Source: Eledone cirrhosa (taxonomy: Eukaryota). From it: 64,000 nucleotides of DNA. The position numbers and the translations under genes are program-made. Where the stretch lies: contig OZ024743.1 of assembly GCA_964016885.1 (NCBI GenBank), positions 216,318,001 to 216,382,000 of the forward strand, read 5' to 3'. The notes under the pieces were generated by a model. That model saw only the letters and a program-made list of their open reading frames with translations. It made no database searches and had not been told where the DNA came from. Below, piece by piece: positions 47,011 through 63,607 of this stretch; positions within the stretch are counted from its first letter, which is position 1; every line of letters starts with the position of its first letter.

Positions 47011-50000
47011 TACTCTTTCTTTTAGTTTGTCTGTTCAATTTCAAAATTGTCTCGTTTGATGAAGTAAAAAAACTACATGTAAAGGTAACGTGTCATTTGT
47101 TTCCACTATAAATAGCGTATATTTATGTAGTTTTATTTAATATTATTTTTCATTAAATATTTGTGTTTCCCGTGTGTTTTTGTTAGCTATTGTTTTATTA
47201 ATTATTATTTTTATTATCATAGTATTTTCTTCTTCGGTTAATTACCATTCAATTTTTTTATGTTTTTTGTTGTTGTTTTGTTTTCAATGTTGAGAAAGAA
47301 AAATGACACGAATGATTTTCTCTGGAGCAAAATAAGACATTAATGGTTTATAACTTTTCAGCGAACATCTATGGTTGTCGCTACTGTTGTAGCTTCTTTG
47401 TTTCATTGATTTTATTAGGTTGTTGTTGCTGATATTTTTTAAGCTCACAATGATTTCCTCGGAGATATTAAGTCTAGGATTTATCATTTCATTTGAGGTG
47501 GATGAATTATATTTTCTAACCGACGACTTAGTCAGAAATATAAATATATCGTAAAAATATATTTAATCATAGCTATGAAATCCTAGAAACAACATCATCG
47601 ATTTCAGTTTTGCAATCAATAAAAATTAGAATATCCTTCCCAATCCCATGAACTACAGCAGCAGAAGTGTACAACACACAAAACTAACTCAATATAACAA
47701 GAAAATAATAACATGAAATACAAGATAGGAATAATGGTAGTATTTTGAAAGATCCTTATCATCACAGCTACAATTATTACTATCTCTGCTTTCACTTATA
47801 TCAATATCTATTACCACTAATTGATGTATTCAATTGTTTTGCTATTTTGTTATGTAGAATAATGAAGTATTATAAAAAGAACCAAATAAAGAAGATGAAA
47901 TGTTGATCAGGGTGGTGTGACAAAAAGCTTTGGTAGATATGATCAAGCAAATAAAGTATTGAAAGCAAATCAGAGGCAGTATATGGAGATAACTCTAACA
48001 CTAACGAAAAATGTTTCTCACGCACGTCATAGAATTGTGTTGTGTTAGAATTACGTATCAAATCATAGCAACAAGAAAAACAAGAAAATCAACAACAGCA
48101 AAAACAACAACAACAGTAACAACAAAAACACCAACAACAGCAATAATAATAATGTTGAAACGAGAAAACCACCTGAGTTACATGAGGTTGAACGTTACTG
48201 CGCAAATATCTGGGAAAATGCTAAAGACCGCAATTCCAATAAACTATTGCTGGAACATTTGGAGCTCCCTGTCTGCCCACAGGAATGGGATGAGATCAAC
48301 AGAAAAGACAGCAGTTTCTAATTTTGGAAACTGAAGATCACCTGGTAAAGATGGATTGCAGAATTCTCCAATTTTATAGGATAGCCAACAGAGGCCCCAA
48401 AAGACTTTGTTAAACGGAATTCATTTGCTTCGCCTGTTGACCGATTGCAAACCCACGAACCTTTCTAGGTTGATCTTAGGTCGCGTCACCCTTTCAATCC
48501 TCTAAGAAGTTGCCGACCAATATGATTTCTGAGGTGTTCGATAATACCAGGGTTAAGGCTTCCGCCTATGCTGATGCAACCCCTCCACGTTCGTGTGGGA
48601 TTCTTTGCAACAGTTGCAGCCTCTCAGTAGAGGCTCGTGAGCCAGTACGTACAGAATCGAGAAGAGATTGCATCCTTGACGAACAGAGAACGTAATCTGA
48701 AACGTTTCCGATAAGTAGGTGGATTTTGAATTTTACTACCGTACAGATGCGGGACCTACCGCATATTGGCTGCCTTACGGACAGCATCCCAGTATCGATG
48801 ATCAACCCAATCGAGTGCTTGGATTCAATCGATCAGAGTCCAATCGAATCCATGTTTACTCCTTACCTTCTCTATGATGTATCGCACGATGTGAATGGTG
48901 TCGTATATGGATCTGGTCGGGATTGTGCATGTCTGGGCCCCCTCTACTCGGCTTTCGATGCCGAATGGATTTCTAGACTTAAATTTGGTATTTTACACGT
49001 ATTTATACATTTGATTACTGCTGTTTCACATTCTTTGGTGTGCTTGCATTACCCGCAGTAAGAATAATTGTGTATTAATAAATTAAGTATAATCAAATAA
49101 TACATTTTAATTGTTGAAGTTCATCGTGTAATAAGGGTCCGTGATATATGAACTGGGGATTATTACTATCAGAATCAATTGAAAGGTTATATGTTTTTGA
49201 TTGTTCAGAAATTCTACACAAATAATTTTTTGAAAAAGAAAATAATTTGAGAAATTAATTATTCTGATATATGAGAAATGTGATATTGTCCTTACAATGG
49301 AATAAGTTGTATGACTGTACTAATGTGTTTATCTCAACAAGATAATTGGCACAACGTATTTCATTCACTATGGCACCGTCTACAGGTGTTAAATTGTCCT
49401 GCCGCATTTCTCAAGTAAAAATATACTTTCTTAAAATAGACGACACCTTCATTATTATAGTACATTTGATCATATGCTTGCTCAGTCATGGGCTACCTCT
49501 AAGTCAATGCCAAGAATAAATTGGAAAATGGAACTCTACAATTTAGAATCTAATTAAAAACATTCGTAATTTAATTTACGGAATCCTATCCAGTTAAAAT
49601 TAAATATGGTTCCGAATCATCAGGAGGATTTGTAAATCACGAAGAACGTAAACTTCACAATTGTTATCTTCCATACTAATTAGACTTATCTTTGGCCACG
49701 ATTTAATACGATGAACAGAAAAAAACATAATATTTATATTTTACATGGATATAGTCTAGTTTTTCTCAATACGAACAATGAAGGAACTATTCAGTACAAA
49801 ACAACGAAAATAAGGGAGGTGATGGAGTGCACATATTGAGCTAATGCACTAGATTGGAAACAAAATAAGTAACAGCAAGTAATATGTTGCAAGAGCACAT
49901 GTCACATATATGTTTATCTCTCTCAATGTAGTCTATATAAAGAAGAATCACATCTTCAGCTTGTATTTGATTGTGAAAAATTGAATCCATATCAGAAGTG

Positions 50001-50037
50001 AACACTCATATATGTACACCCCCTCACACTTACATTC

Positions 50038-50112
<75 letters not shown>

Positions 50113-50919
50113 CAAGTAACTATGTTTTGAAATAGTGAGCAGGTTTGACATTAGAAAATAGAATAGCTTTCAGTAATCTGCCAAAGCTATTTTACAATGA
50201 CAGGTCAACAAGTTGAGGAACAACATACTGAAAAAACAAATACAAAATATTAAATCAAAACCCCGAAACTAATGCGAAATATTAATTCAGAATCCCGAAA
50301 CATGAATACTAATACGATATATATAAGTACTGCTAGAATACATACATTTTAATACAACCTACATAAATACTCATACAATATATATAAAAAATTAATACAA
50401 TATATATAAATACTGCTACAATACATACATTCTAATACAACTGACATAAATACTCGTACAATATATATGAAAAACTAATACGAAAAATTAATTCAGAATC
50501 CCGAAAAATAAATACTGATATACGAGAAACTAAAGCAGAAATAGCACTAAGAAATCTAGAAACCACGGAAATGGTACAGCAACCGGAGAAGAAAGCAAGT
50601 ATCTGTGGTCTAGCACATCTGCTATAAAAAGCGGAATCGGCCAAATCTATCATAAAATAAGGGGGGATGGGGGTACTGAGGCTACAAAGGACCGAAAGGC
50701 TGCATCGGGGTGGGCGAGAAGGTGAAAAGAACAACGACAAAGAAGGAGATCTGGGGTGGAAAGACGAGGAAGGGATGGGGGGAAGAAGGAAATATAAAGG
50801 AAACGATAAAAAATATATAAAAATAATATATAAAAGAGTTACGTCTACCTTTGTAAGCAGGGGATACCCCTTACAAAGTCGGCAAGTGGGGTGTTTCAGT
50901 CCTTGTCTAACCCCCCCCC

Positions 50920-52970
50920 CCCCCGGGTCATTATGGGGTTTGAGGGCGGGATAAGTCCTACGCAATCTCTGTTTGCATGCAGTTACCAGTTCGTCTTTCT
51001 TGTTTAGGAGTTGGTCCGTCGAAAACAGGATTTGTAATGTTTCCTCCGAGAATTAAGTTACACGGACGGTGTCCTCCCGTGTAAGAGTTGGCTGTGGAGA
51101 GTAAGCTTCAAGTGAGATTATAGGTTATATTGTTATCTTTGAGGTCCCAGATGTGACCCGAAAGTGTAGTGGCGTGACGCCGGGCCGGGTTTCGGAAAGT
51201 ATGTATGTGTTCGTATAGACGGGTCTTGAACTCACAAGCGGTTAATCCTATATAAGCTTTGTTGGAGGTGTCCGTCCTCACGTTGCACTGGTAGATCACA
51301 TTACGATCTCTGCATCTGTTGTCGAGGGGGCAAAGGGATCCATCAGGACAGTCACACCTCCTGGTTGGCTCTCCACTGCTATCTAGCTTATTTCTTCCAT
51401 AGGGGTTGAGTTTCTTGTTGTTAGAGGAGACGATATTTTCTGCAAAGTTAGGTGTGGTGCTGTAGGAGAGTGTGATGGTATTTTTGTTGATTATGTTGTG
51501 GTAGCGGTGTTGTAGTGGGAAGTGATATCGATGAGCCTGAAGAAGATCTTCCCGATAGGTGCTGTCACCTCGGCATTGTGGGGAGGATTGAACCACGTTA
51601 CGTTGCGTGAGCGGCAGTGTCGCCTGCTGGTTCCGCTAATGGAAGCTGGACAATAGGATATTTTCTCCAGGAAGCCACTCCGCTTCAAAGCCTGGTTGTA
51701 ATAAGGTGCATGTTCCTCGAATATCTGCTCATTGGCGGACAAACGAGATATGCGGAGGGAGATGTTTTTAACCAGGTTATTGGTGATGTTTCTAGAATGG
51801 TTCGACCGGCGGTGGATGTAGTGCAGGTTGTCGTTTGGTTTCCTGTATGGGTAGTAAAGATCGTTATCGAGGTTAAGGGTAACGTCCAGGTAGTTTACTC
51901 GGGTTAGGAACGTTTGTAGGTTTATTTTAAATCCCCAGTCGTGGAAGAAGCTGATTAATTGTTTACCGACCCGGTCTGTACTACTGGAGTTGTACCCTTT
52001 GAGGGTAAGGAGCCCATCATCACGGTACAATCCACCGCCGAATGCAGGAAACATATCGGTGAGTTTAAATAGTAGTAATAATCCTGTAAGATCTGTGACC
52101 TCAGACGAATCCGTCGTGCCCATACTGACGTCGAAGGGGGAGTCGGGAGCTATCTTTATCCATTTGGAGTTGTCGAAAAGTAGGACTGTCTTCCTGGCGT
52201 GGAGGATTATATTTTTTCCTGGTCGGTGATGGGCGCGAGTCTCTAGGCAAAGTCCAAACCGTCCGTAAGGAGCGGTAAGTAATTGAAGCATAGTAACTCT
52301 CTATATCAAACTGGATGAATTTTGTGTCTCGTTTGTCCTCCATATTGCTGAACCATCAGATCACTTCCTGGGTGTTGACCCATAGGCAAAGTCTGGCGTG
52401 CTACTTAACTTTTGGTATAACGCGATCTATGATTGTTTTACTGATTCTCCCTATGTCGGACTTCGTTGGGATTATAAGCCTGATAGATAGTTTACAGTCG
52501 AAGTCGGATTTGTGGTCCTTCAGTGTGAAGTAGGTAGTCCGTGGGTCTAGGGGTTCCCTGCGGTTGGCGACCCCGAGGCTGGAGGTAATTTGTTGTCCAT
52601 CTCGATGTATGTCCTCGATTCTTGAGTGGTTAGCCTTTTTATAGGTAGAGTTTAGGCTGCTCCTGATAAGTGTGTGATATCTGTCGGGGTTGACGAAGTT
52701 GAGGTTACCAGTTTTATCCGAGTGCACCATTATGTCATTGGTGATTTCATACTCTGTTAAATTGCTACGGAGTTTTTGTAGGAATCTGTTGTGTCTGGGT
52801 TTGAATTTAATGCTCTTGACCAGTTGGAAAAGGTCATTCTTGAAGGGTGAGAGCATACAGTTCGGAGGGGGAGATTTGTAGGTATTAAATCCGAATCTCT
52901 CTTTGGTATCGAAGTCTTGATTGTCGCAATATCTGTCGTAGAGAAAAGTTCTCCATCTTAGTCTTTTCGC
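50920..52970 (-). pseudogene. PLE RT plus GIY-YIG (frameshifts and stops)
   Basis: RLRWR, SDKTG, TLKDHK, FIQFDIESYY, SMGTTDS, LYRDDG, YLDVTL, WFNPPH, CDCPDGSLCPLDNRC, YIGLTACEFKTR. Confidence 0.92.
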
Positions 52971-54791
52971 AATATATGGTAAAAGTGATTGTCACAAAGA
53001 TTGGTCAAAAGTTTGTTGTTATGACACGTGATACTATCATGGAATTTTGTGGAAAGTAAGTGTAGCTGAACTTGCCAGTAGAAGAAAGAGGGAGTGAAGG
53101 AAACCCAGTCAAGCGTAGAAGGTGAAAACTACAGCAGATTCTAAGGATAGTGTATAGAAGGTCGAAAAAGTATACTATAGAGGGGGAAGTTGAAACAATA
53201 AGTAAGTCTAAATGGAGTAAATATATAAAAAATATAAAAACATTAAAAAAAAATGTTCTGGTTACTAGTCCCCTTCCACAATCATCAAATCTCTCACTGG
53301 TTCTGCTCAGCTATAGAAAGGTTTAATAGGTGGGAAGGAATATTAAATAGTAGATTCTAGTGAAATAATTTTATGAGGCCATCATTACAGGGGGTCTACC
53401 ACCACTACAATGGTTAGTAGTAATCTGCCAAAGCTATCTTACAATGAAGATCAACAAGTTGAGGACCAACATACTAAAAAAACTAATACGAAATATTAAT
53501 TCAAAATCCCGAAACTAATACGATATATTAATTCAGAATCCCGAAGCATGAATACTAATACGATATATATAAGTACTGCTACAATACATAAATTCTAATA
53601 CAATCTACATGAATACTCATACAATATATATAAAAAACTAATAAAATATATATAAATACTGCTACAATACATACATTCTAATACAATCGACATAAATACT
53701 CGTACAATATATATGAAAAACTAATACGAAAAATTAATTCAGAATCCCCAAAAATAAATACTGATATACGAGAAACTAAAGCAGAAATACCACTAAGAAA
53801 TCTAGAAATCACTAAGAAATCTAGAAATGGGGAAGGAACCGGAGAAGAAAGCATGTATCAGGGGTCTGCCACATCTGCTATACAAATCGGAATCGGCCAA
53901 ATCTATCATAAAATAAGGGGGGGGGGTACTGAGACTACAAAGGACCAAAAGGCTGCATCGGGGTGGGCGAGAAGGTGAAAAGAACGACTACAAAGAAGGA
54001 GATATGGGGTGGAAGGACAAGGAAGGGTTGGGGGGAAGAAGGAAATATAGAGGAAACGATAACAAATATGTAAAAGGAATATATAAAAAAAGTTACGTCT
54101 ACCTTTGTAAGCAGGGGTTACCCCTTACAAAGTCGGCAAGTGGGGTGTTTCAGCCCTTGTCAACCCCACCCCCACCCCGGGTCATTATGTGGTTTGAGGG
54201 CGAGGTAAGTGCTACGCAATCTGTGTTTGCATGCAGTTACCAGTTCGTCTTTCTTGTTTAGGAGTTGGTCCGTCGAAAACAACATTTGTAATGTTTCCTC
54301 CCAGCATAAGTTACACGGACGCGTCCTCCCGTGTAAGAGTTGGCTCTGGAGAGTAAGCTCCAAGTGAGATTATAGGTTATATTGTTATCTTTGAGGTCCC
54401 AGATGTGGCCCGAAATTGTAGTTGCGCGACGGCGGGCCGGGTTTCGGGGGGGGGGGGTTCGGGTTTTTTTTCGGGAGGAGGAGGGCGTTTGGGGTTTTTA
54501 TTCGGGTTTCTTTCGTTTTTTTATTTTTTATTTTATGTATTTTTTATATATTTCCTCCATATAGATTTACTTATTGTTTCAAATTCCTCCCTCTCTAGTA
54601 TACTTTTTCGACCTTCTATACACTATCCTTAGAATCTGCTGTAGTTTTCACTTTCAACGCTGGACTGCGTTTCCTCCACTCCCTCTCCCTCTTTCTTCTA
54701 CTGGCAAGTTCAGCTACCCTTACCTTCATGTGTCTTAACAACAAACTTTTGACCAATCCTTGTGACAATCACTTTTACCATATATGGAATT

Positions 54792-54887
54792 AGCCTCTGA
54801 GAAGTTCGGGTATACATTTACCAGGCTAAAAATGTTCATTTGGTCCAGAATTAGCCGTCGAAACGGCTTGAGGACAGCCGTCGGGGT
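54792..54887 (+). ncRNA. Family F/G hammerhead, C3/A8 mismatch variant
   Basis: CCU-CUGAGAA-G...C-GAAA-CGGCU UGAGGAC AGCCG-UC^GGG. Confidence 0.55.
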
Positions 54888-54924
54888 CCTACCTGTTCCT
54901 ATATATATATATATATATATATAT

Positions 54925-56020
<1,096 letters not shown>

Positions 56021-56029
56021 TTTATATTA

Positions 56030-56066
<37 letters not shown>

Positions 56067-56604
56067 GACGTAAAATAAGAAAATTATGAAAATCAACTTA
56101 CTAAAATTTCACTCCAACTAATTAGTTTCTGTAAGGGAATAAACATGATTTCGGAATGGAACCACAGAGAAAATCCTTACGTCATCAGGGAGTCTATTCT
56201 CAGCTAAGTTCCCAGGCAATGCGTGGACACAGGGAACTTATACACAAATAATTCAGTGGATGGGAAAAAGCGAGCGGGGACTAAATTCCAGGACATTGAA
56301 AAAATCACTGCCTACTTGGTCGTTGGCAAATTCAAAGAATCAATTACGTGACACTGAGGTTAATCAGTGAGGAGTGGGTTGCTAATAGGACAGGAGCCTG
56401 AATACTACCATGAACCATAGCAGTAGTTCTGGCAAATTTTTGCGACCGATAGATAGTATTAGCAATTGGAATGACCAACGGAAACATTGTTCCCTCGGTC
56501 CGATTTGACGAAAGTCGATCGTTCCTTAAATATATATATACATACATACATATGTATGTACATATATATATGTGTATGTATGTATATATATGTATGTATG
56601 CATG

Positions 56605-56717
<113 letters not shown>

Positions 56718-56754
56718 AATATAGTGCAATGGATATTCAAATTTTGGAGAATCT

Positions 56755-57950
56755 GAGTCTGGCCTTGTCGTGGTGAGGGGGCTTGTGTCTTTCATCAATC
56801 CAAGACAGCGTTACCCTCTGGACCTTTTTTCCGGGTAGGGCTCACCTAGGCTTGTCGGTCTTCCGAGGAGTTTCCAGACTAGCGGTGACCCACAACAGGC
56901 CGGCACGCTGCCAAGTTGGTAACCCCATAATCCGACTATTCTGTGAAGGGCCATAACCCACCCAGAAGAACCATTACCCTGTTACGAAACCGACGAGAAG
57001 AAACCAGAATCTCCAGTTTCGGAACGGACCCTGCATTCCCCAACATCAACGAGAAATTGATTTGCGCCATAACATTCCTGTTGCCACATTGACTATCTTT
57101 TCGCTCCTCGCCCCGGATCAGCCTCTTTTCTGTCTCGAGAGCTATCATTCTACAACAAGACATTGGCGGGACTCAGCGAAACACATTTGCGGGAATTCTT
57201 CGCGGGAGACCACAGCCTCACCAGGTGTGACCCTGCACGTCCGCAAATTAATCACCAGAGGGAAACAGGTGAGTGACCATTTGCTGACCGCCCGTTTTCT
57301 CCAACGGGACGGGAAGATGACAATCATCCATGCCTATGCCCATACGGATGTTACAGAGGAGACTGCCAAGGATGACCGCTACAACCAGCAACAACACATA
57401 TTGGAACCAATTCCACCCCATAATATCGCGATCATCCTGACGGGCGCCTACACTACAATCTATTCTTCCACCAGATTCACCCCAACAGACATATTGCAGC
57501 TTAAGCCCATTGTTGTAAACTTCGCCGACCCATCCACCAATGACGAAGGTGATCGCCTGCTGCCCCTCTGCCATTACAACAATCTGTGTATCGCCGACAC
57601 ATGGTTCACCCGCAAACTCATCTATGATACAGATACAGTCCGAACATTTGAACCTGAAAAGGAGCCGGCAACATGAGCATTTCCCATCTGCTGGGTGTAC
57701 AGTGGAGTTCAACTCTGCAAAACTGATCATCGGTTGCTAGTTGAGACTCAGACACGGAAGTTACGTCCGCACTCTGAGACCAAGTACCCAGCCCGCTCTG
57801 GTTCATCTTGTCCCGGCGATCCTGATATCGCCTCTCCATTTGCATGCAATATCGCCTCTACATTTGCATGCAATATCCCCTCTACATTTGCATGCAATAT
57901 CGCCAATCACTTCAGACTCCTTTTACACTCAAGATCTCTTGACACACGAC
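56755..57950 (+). mobile_element. RTE-clade LINE 5' part (5' UTR plus decayed APE endonuclease)
   Basis: gccttgtcgtggtgagggggcttg RTE-type 5' end; LLTARF...IIHAYAHTD...KDDRYNQ...IILTG...NDEGDRLLPLCHYNNLCIADTWF. Confidence 0.8.
57824..57904 (+). repeat. 24-bp minisatellite (~3.3 copies) within the RTE remnant
   Basis: atatcgcctctacatttgcatgca units. Confidence 0.85.
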
Positions 57951-58679
57951 CCTGTTCTTCCTGTTATATCGAACGAAACCACGACAAAAACAACAATACA
58001 TATTTGATTACAAAAGGTTTTCCAGGTGCACTTTTGATTGGACAGACATCCAATCATGTCATTTAATTCAATAAAAAAGACACATTATATATTTACAAAA
58101 AAGGTTGAATTCCCCGATAACTTTTGATATTCTAATTACTAACCAATATATATATATATATATCTTTTCACCCCTTGATAATTTGTGTGTGAGACACGTT
58201 GGCTGGGAGCTTCTGACAGGAACTAAAAGATTGACTCTTTTTAGCTTCCCGTCCCAACGTAAAATTTGTAAATCAGTGGCTAGTTGAGAGATAGAGTCCT
58301 ATCGGTTGCCAGTTGCTAATCGCTTTACCGTGTCTGTTGTCACAAACAGTCATGACCGGCATGGGCTGGTGTTTGGATTCTGTCGATTGATTGGTTATTG
58401 ATTAGGCGATACACGCTGATGAAGGCGCATAAGCCGATTGTGCATTGTTGCATAATATATGCAGACTGATGGTGGAGTGCACCTTACTGCTGCATTAGTG
58501 CGGCAGAAACTCGACTCCGGGAACCTTATAGGCACCCGTTTTACGTGTGTTGTGTTGAGGCAAATAATTAAGTCAATACTCTGGTAATGTATCTTACATT
58601 GCCCATTGAGTGCCCTGAGATATAACCGGTACTGGGATTGATAAATATGCTGGTTCCGTCAACCCTTATTATTATATCT

Positions 58680-59136
<457 letters not shown>

Positions 59137-59273
59137 CTAATGGTAGCTAAGATGCTTCCATAGGTGGTATGCCGGTTGAGCTCAATAACACTCAATAAAT
59201 TGGGTTCCGATGCATCATTGATTTTTCGTTTTACATTATATATATACGTGTATATGTATATATAAAAAAAATA

Positions 59274-59305
<32 letters not shown>

Positions 59306-59953
59306 CTAGGACGGGTAAAATTCCCGTGATCCATGGATGAGTTCTCTACAGCGGTTTCTGTCCCTCATTATCGCTGCCATATATATACACACACACATAT
59401 ATATATATATTATATACATACATATGTATATATATAACATATGCATATACATATGCATACATATATATATATACGTGTGTGTGTGTGTGTATGTGCCTGT
59501 ACGTGTATGTGTATCTGTGTATGTGTTGCTTTCTTTGTAAGTTCGTATGCGTATGGATGCTTCAGTGTGTACATGTATCATTTTTATTTGTTGAAAATTC
59601 AGGGAAGTTCTCTGCAGTGCGTTTCTCCACAAAATAATTTTCACTGAACTGAAAGATGTTGGGTCACATAAGGTTACAACATTTATCTAAATATAGTCTG
59701 AAAATTCAAATCCAAAAATATCCGCAACAATACTTAAGTGTTCTGCAGGCAAGAAGACAAATTAGCAACACATTGAAAGCCATTTTACTGCACGAAAACA
59801 AATTATTGAAATATCAATAGAAAAATACAAATGTTACGTTGATATACAAATATGGATGTGAGAGAAATATTTTTTTTACTGTAAGTGCGTGCATTTGTAT
59901 ATGTACTATTAAATGTTCAATAACTGGCTCTATGTGTGCATATATATGATATG

Positions 59954-60047
<94 letters not shown>

Positions 60048-60179
60048 ATATATATATATATACATACATATACATACATATATAGAATATGTATATATGT
60101 ATATATATATTTATACATATATATATATATATTTATACTATATATATATATATATATTTATGTAGGAAAAAGTACTTTT

Positions 60180-60261
60180 TCCTATTACCCACTCTACTAC
60201 CCTAAGTATTGAGTACTCTGGTGCGTTATGGTCCATCTGGTTCCTAACCACATCTCCTTCG

Positions 60262-60263
<2 letters not shown>
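60180..60263 (+). mobile_element. Family F/G pLTR tail alone, abutting (TA)n
   Basis: cctattacccactctactaccctaagtattgagtac...ccttcgtt-(AT)n. Confidence 0.75.
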
Positions 60264-60293
<30 letters not shown>

Positions 60294-60523
60294 TATATAT
60301 ATTTATATATATATATATATATATCAAATATATATATATATATTTGCGTATATGTGTGCAATTACATTTAGTAATGTATTGATCTCGAATGTATATTCAT
60401 CATACTGCTTATACTTACATATACATATTTTTAGACATAGAGATATGTTCAAATAGGCAGATGGAAGTTGATAGTAACGATAGCACACTTTATATATGTG
60501 TGCATCTGTCTCTCTCTCTCTCC

Positions 60524-60561
<38 letters not shown>

Positions 60562-60573
60562 TGTGTGTGTGTG

Positions 60574-60648
<75 letters not shown>

Positions 60649-61214
60649 TGTGTGTGTGTGTGCGTGCGTGCTTATATGAAGTAAGAGAATTACAGGAATC
60701 GGGAGAGTGAGATTAAAATATTTATTCAATTTTAGAATGCTTCTAAACATACACACATTCACAAGTATGTGTATATATGTGCGGGATTATTTGTACACAT
60801 GTGTACGTGCCCGAGTGTCAATCAATGTGCATTTGTATTTCTTTTAGGGGAGTGTGTGCTAAAAGTCAGACGTAGTAGGAAAGAAAGTATATGTTTGTTA
60901 ATATCGCTATATGGAATAATATGCATATGATGTTGAATCAGTGAGAAGTGATCGAAACAGGAAATATACATATATAGACAGTGAGTGAGACTGAGGGAGA
61001 TAGAGGAATAGAACTTTCTTGTTTTCTAGTGTAGCTGTGTACCACATCATTTATTTGTTTCAGTCCTGCCCTACGGCAATTTAGCACTTAGATAAATATT
61101 TTTCTGATGCAATTAAGTGATGTTTGTTAAATGTAATCATTTACGCAGACATTTACATACAGGCTCTCATACACGATTACACAAATATTATATATAAATA
61201 AATATATATATATA

Positions 61215-61279
<65 letters not shown>

Positions 61280-61301
61280 GTATATATACATACACACACA
61301 C

Positions 61302-61445
<144 letters not shown>

Positions 61446-62026
61446 CAGATGTATGTGCCTACATATGTAAATTTAAATATGTGTGCCTACAAATATGTGT
61501 GCCTACAAGCAGGCACACACATAAATACACATATACACGAGGATGCAAGCATATATGTTTTGAATTTGAGTTTATATGTCGTTAGGTATTTTTGTAGACT
61601 AATCGTATATATATGATAAGTATCTATATAAGAATATAAGTATACTTATAAGTATGTGTGAAGTGTTATAGGTATGCACGGGACTATGTATTGGCCTACA
61701 TACATATGTACATACTTGTAAGCAAACATGTTCATGTTTAATGTTACGTTGTTTTTTTTTCTAATTATCGATGGAATACATTTATTTTAAGTGTTGATAT
61801 TTATTTATTTATTATTGATATATATCTTGATATCAGCTGATATTGATTATTAATGTATCTCATATTAATGCGATATTATGTTATAAATATATTTGTATCG
61901 TTCCTATTAAAATTGTTGAAAATATTTTGTTTGGTGCAAAGTATTTATTTATTTATTAATATAAACACTTAGATAACATACTTATATTTGTAAGTTCAAA
62001 TACATACATGCACAAACTCTCACACG

Positions 62027-62147
<121 letters not shown>

Positions 62148-62173
62148 AAAGAGAGAGAGACAAAGAGAGGGAG

Positions 62174-62292
<119 letters not shown>

Positions 62293-62478
62293 TAGAAATT
62301 AATCAACAAGAGGATGCATTAGCAAAAAAATCATCTTAGTTTCACGCTTTGAAAAACGAGTTTTAAACAGTTTACATATCGGGCATTTGCCCTTCATCAG
62401 GAAAAGCAGTGTTCAGAGTGTAGAAAAAGACGAAGTGGACAGTGGATGTATTTATGTCGGAATGTGAGCATACGTTAA

Positions 62479-62657
62479 TAATTGTTTCTACTATTGGCAC
62501 AAGGCCAGCAATTAACCAGTACATTAATGGTACTTTATTTTATCGACCCCGTAAGGATGAAAGGTAAAGTTAACCCCGGCGGGATTTGAACTCAGAATGG
62601 CAAGGGCCGTAACTCTATGCGTCAAATCATGGTGTCCAACCCTCTACCGATACTGCC
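62479..62657 (-). mobile_element. tRNA-derived SINE
   Basis: Shared core and B-box. Confidence 0.85.
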
Positions 62658-62955
62658 AAGATAATGACGTGTGCCCGCGCACATGTATAAACACATATAT
62701 ATATATATATATGCTCAAGTATGTGTGGTGGGGTGAGTTAGTAATGTTGATTGGTCGTGGTTGTAATATGGGTGGATATTCTAGACATAGTTGTAGTGGG
62801 TTAAAAGATATTAGTAACTATTAGAAAGTGAAGAAATATTTAACTATTTCATTTGATTAACGGGCTGGACGTTTCTGTAAGGATCCTCTAGTTTCTTGAA
62901 ACCTTTGGTAATGGAATAACTATATTATGATGTTTATTATCTAATTAAGTAATAG

Positions 62956-63068
<113 letters not shown>

Positions 63069-63078
63069 CACATATATA

Positions 63079-63362
<284 letters not shown>

Positions 63363-63467
63363 AAATTCGCATGGTAGGTATTATGATTAAACTGGAACGG
63401 GGTGGAAAAGTTGGGATACGGCGTAGTAGCATCGGAAAATACTCTACTGCGGAGGTAGGAGCTAGAT

Positions 63468-63607
63468 AACGAAGGAAGTGTAGTAAGGAACCAGGTAAGC
63501 CAGAGTATTCAATACTTAGGGTAGTAGAAAGAAACTGGAGCTACTCTATGCATTGAGTACTTTGGTGCGTTATTGTCCACCTGATTCCTTACCACACTTC
63601 CTTCGTT
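63468..63607. mobile_element. Rearranged inverted pair of family F/G tail fragments
   Basis: aacgaaggaagtgtagtaaggaaccagg... and ...ccttaccacacttccttcgtt. Confidence 0.65.

Larger units (their letters stand above)
50170..54900 (-). mobile_element. PLE family G (F-related): pLTR-ORF-pLTR partial tandem plus inverted pLTR at right end
   Basis: Direct repeat 50170-51190 / 53420-54445; 52980-53220 inverted at 54560-54790; ends gttcct-(TA)n at 54900. Confidence 0.9.

Noticed and set aside
56135-56200. CUGAUGA...GAAA on minus strand
   Set aside because: Stem I pairs only with a 6-nt offset and stem II is poor.
58412-58445. ctgatgaaggcgcataagccgatt HHR-like motif
   Set aside because: GAUU instead of GAAA, and no stem I or III.
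62371-62405. CUGAUGA-AGGGC AAAU GCCC-GAUA on minus strand
   Set aside because: Likely a real pLTR fossil, but the core is mutated and stem I absent; not called functional.
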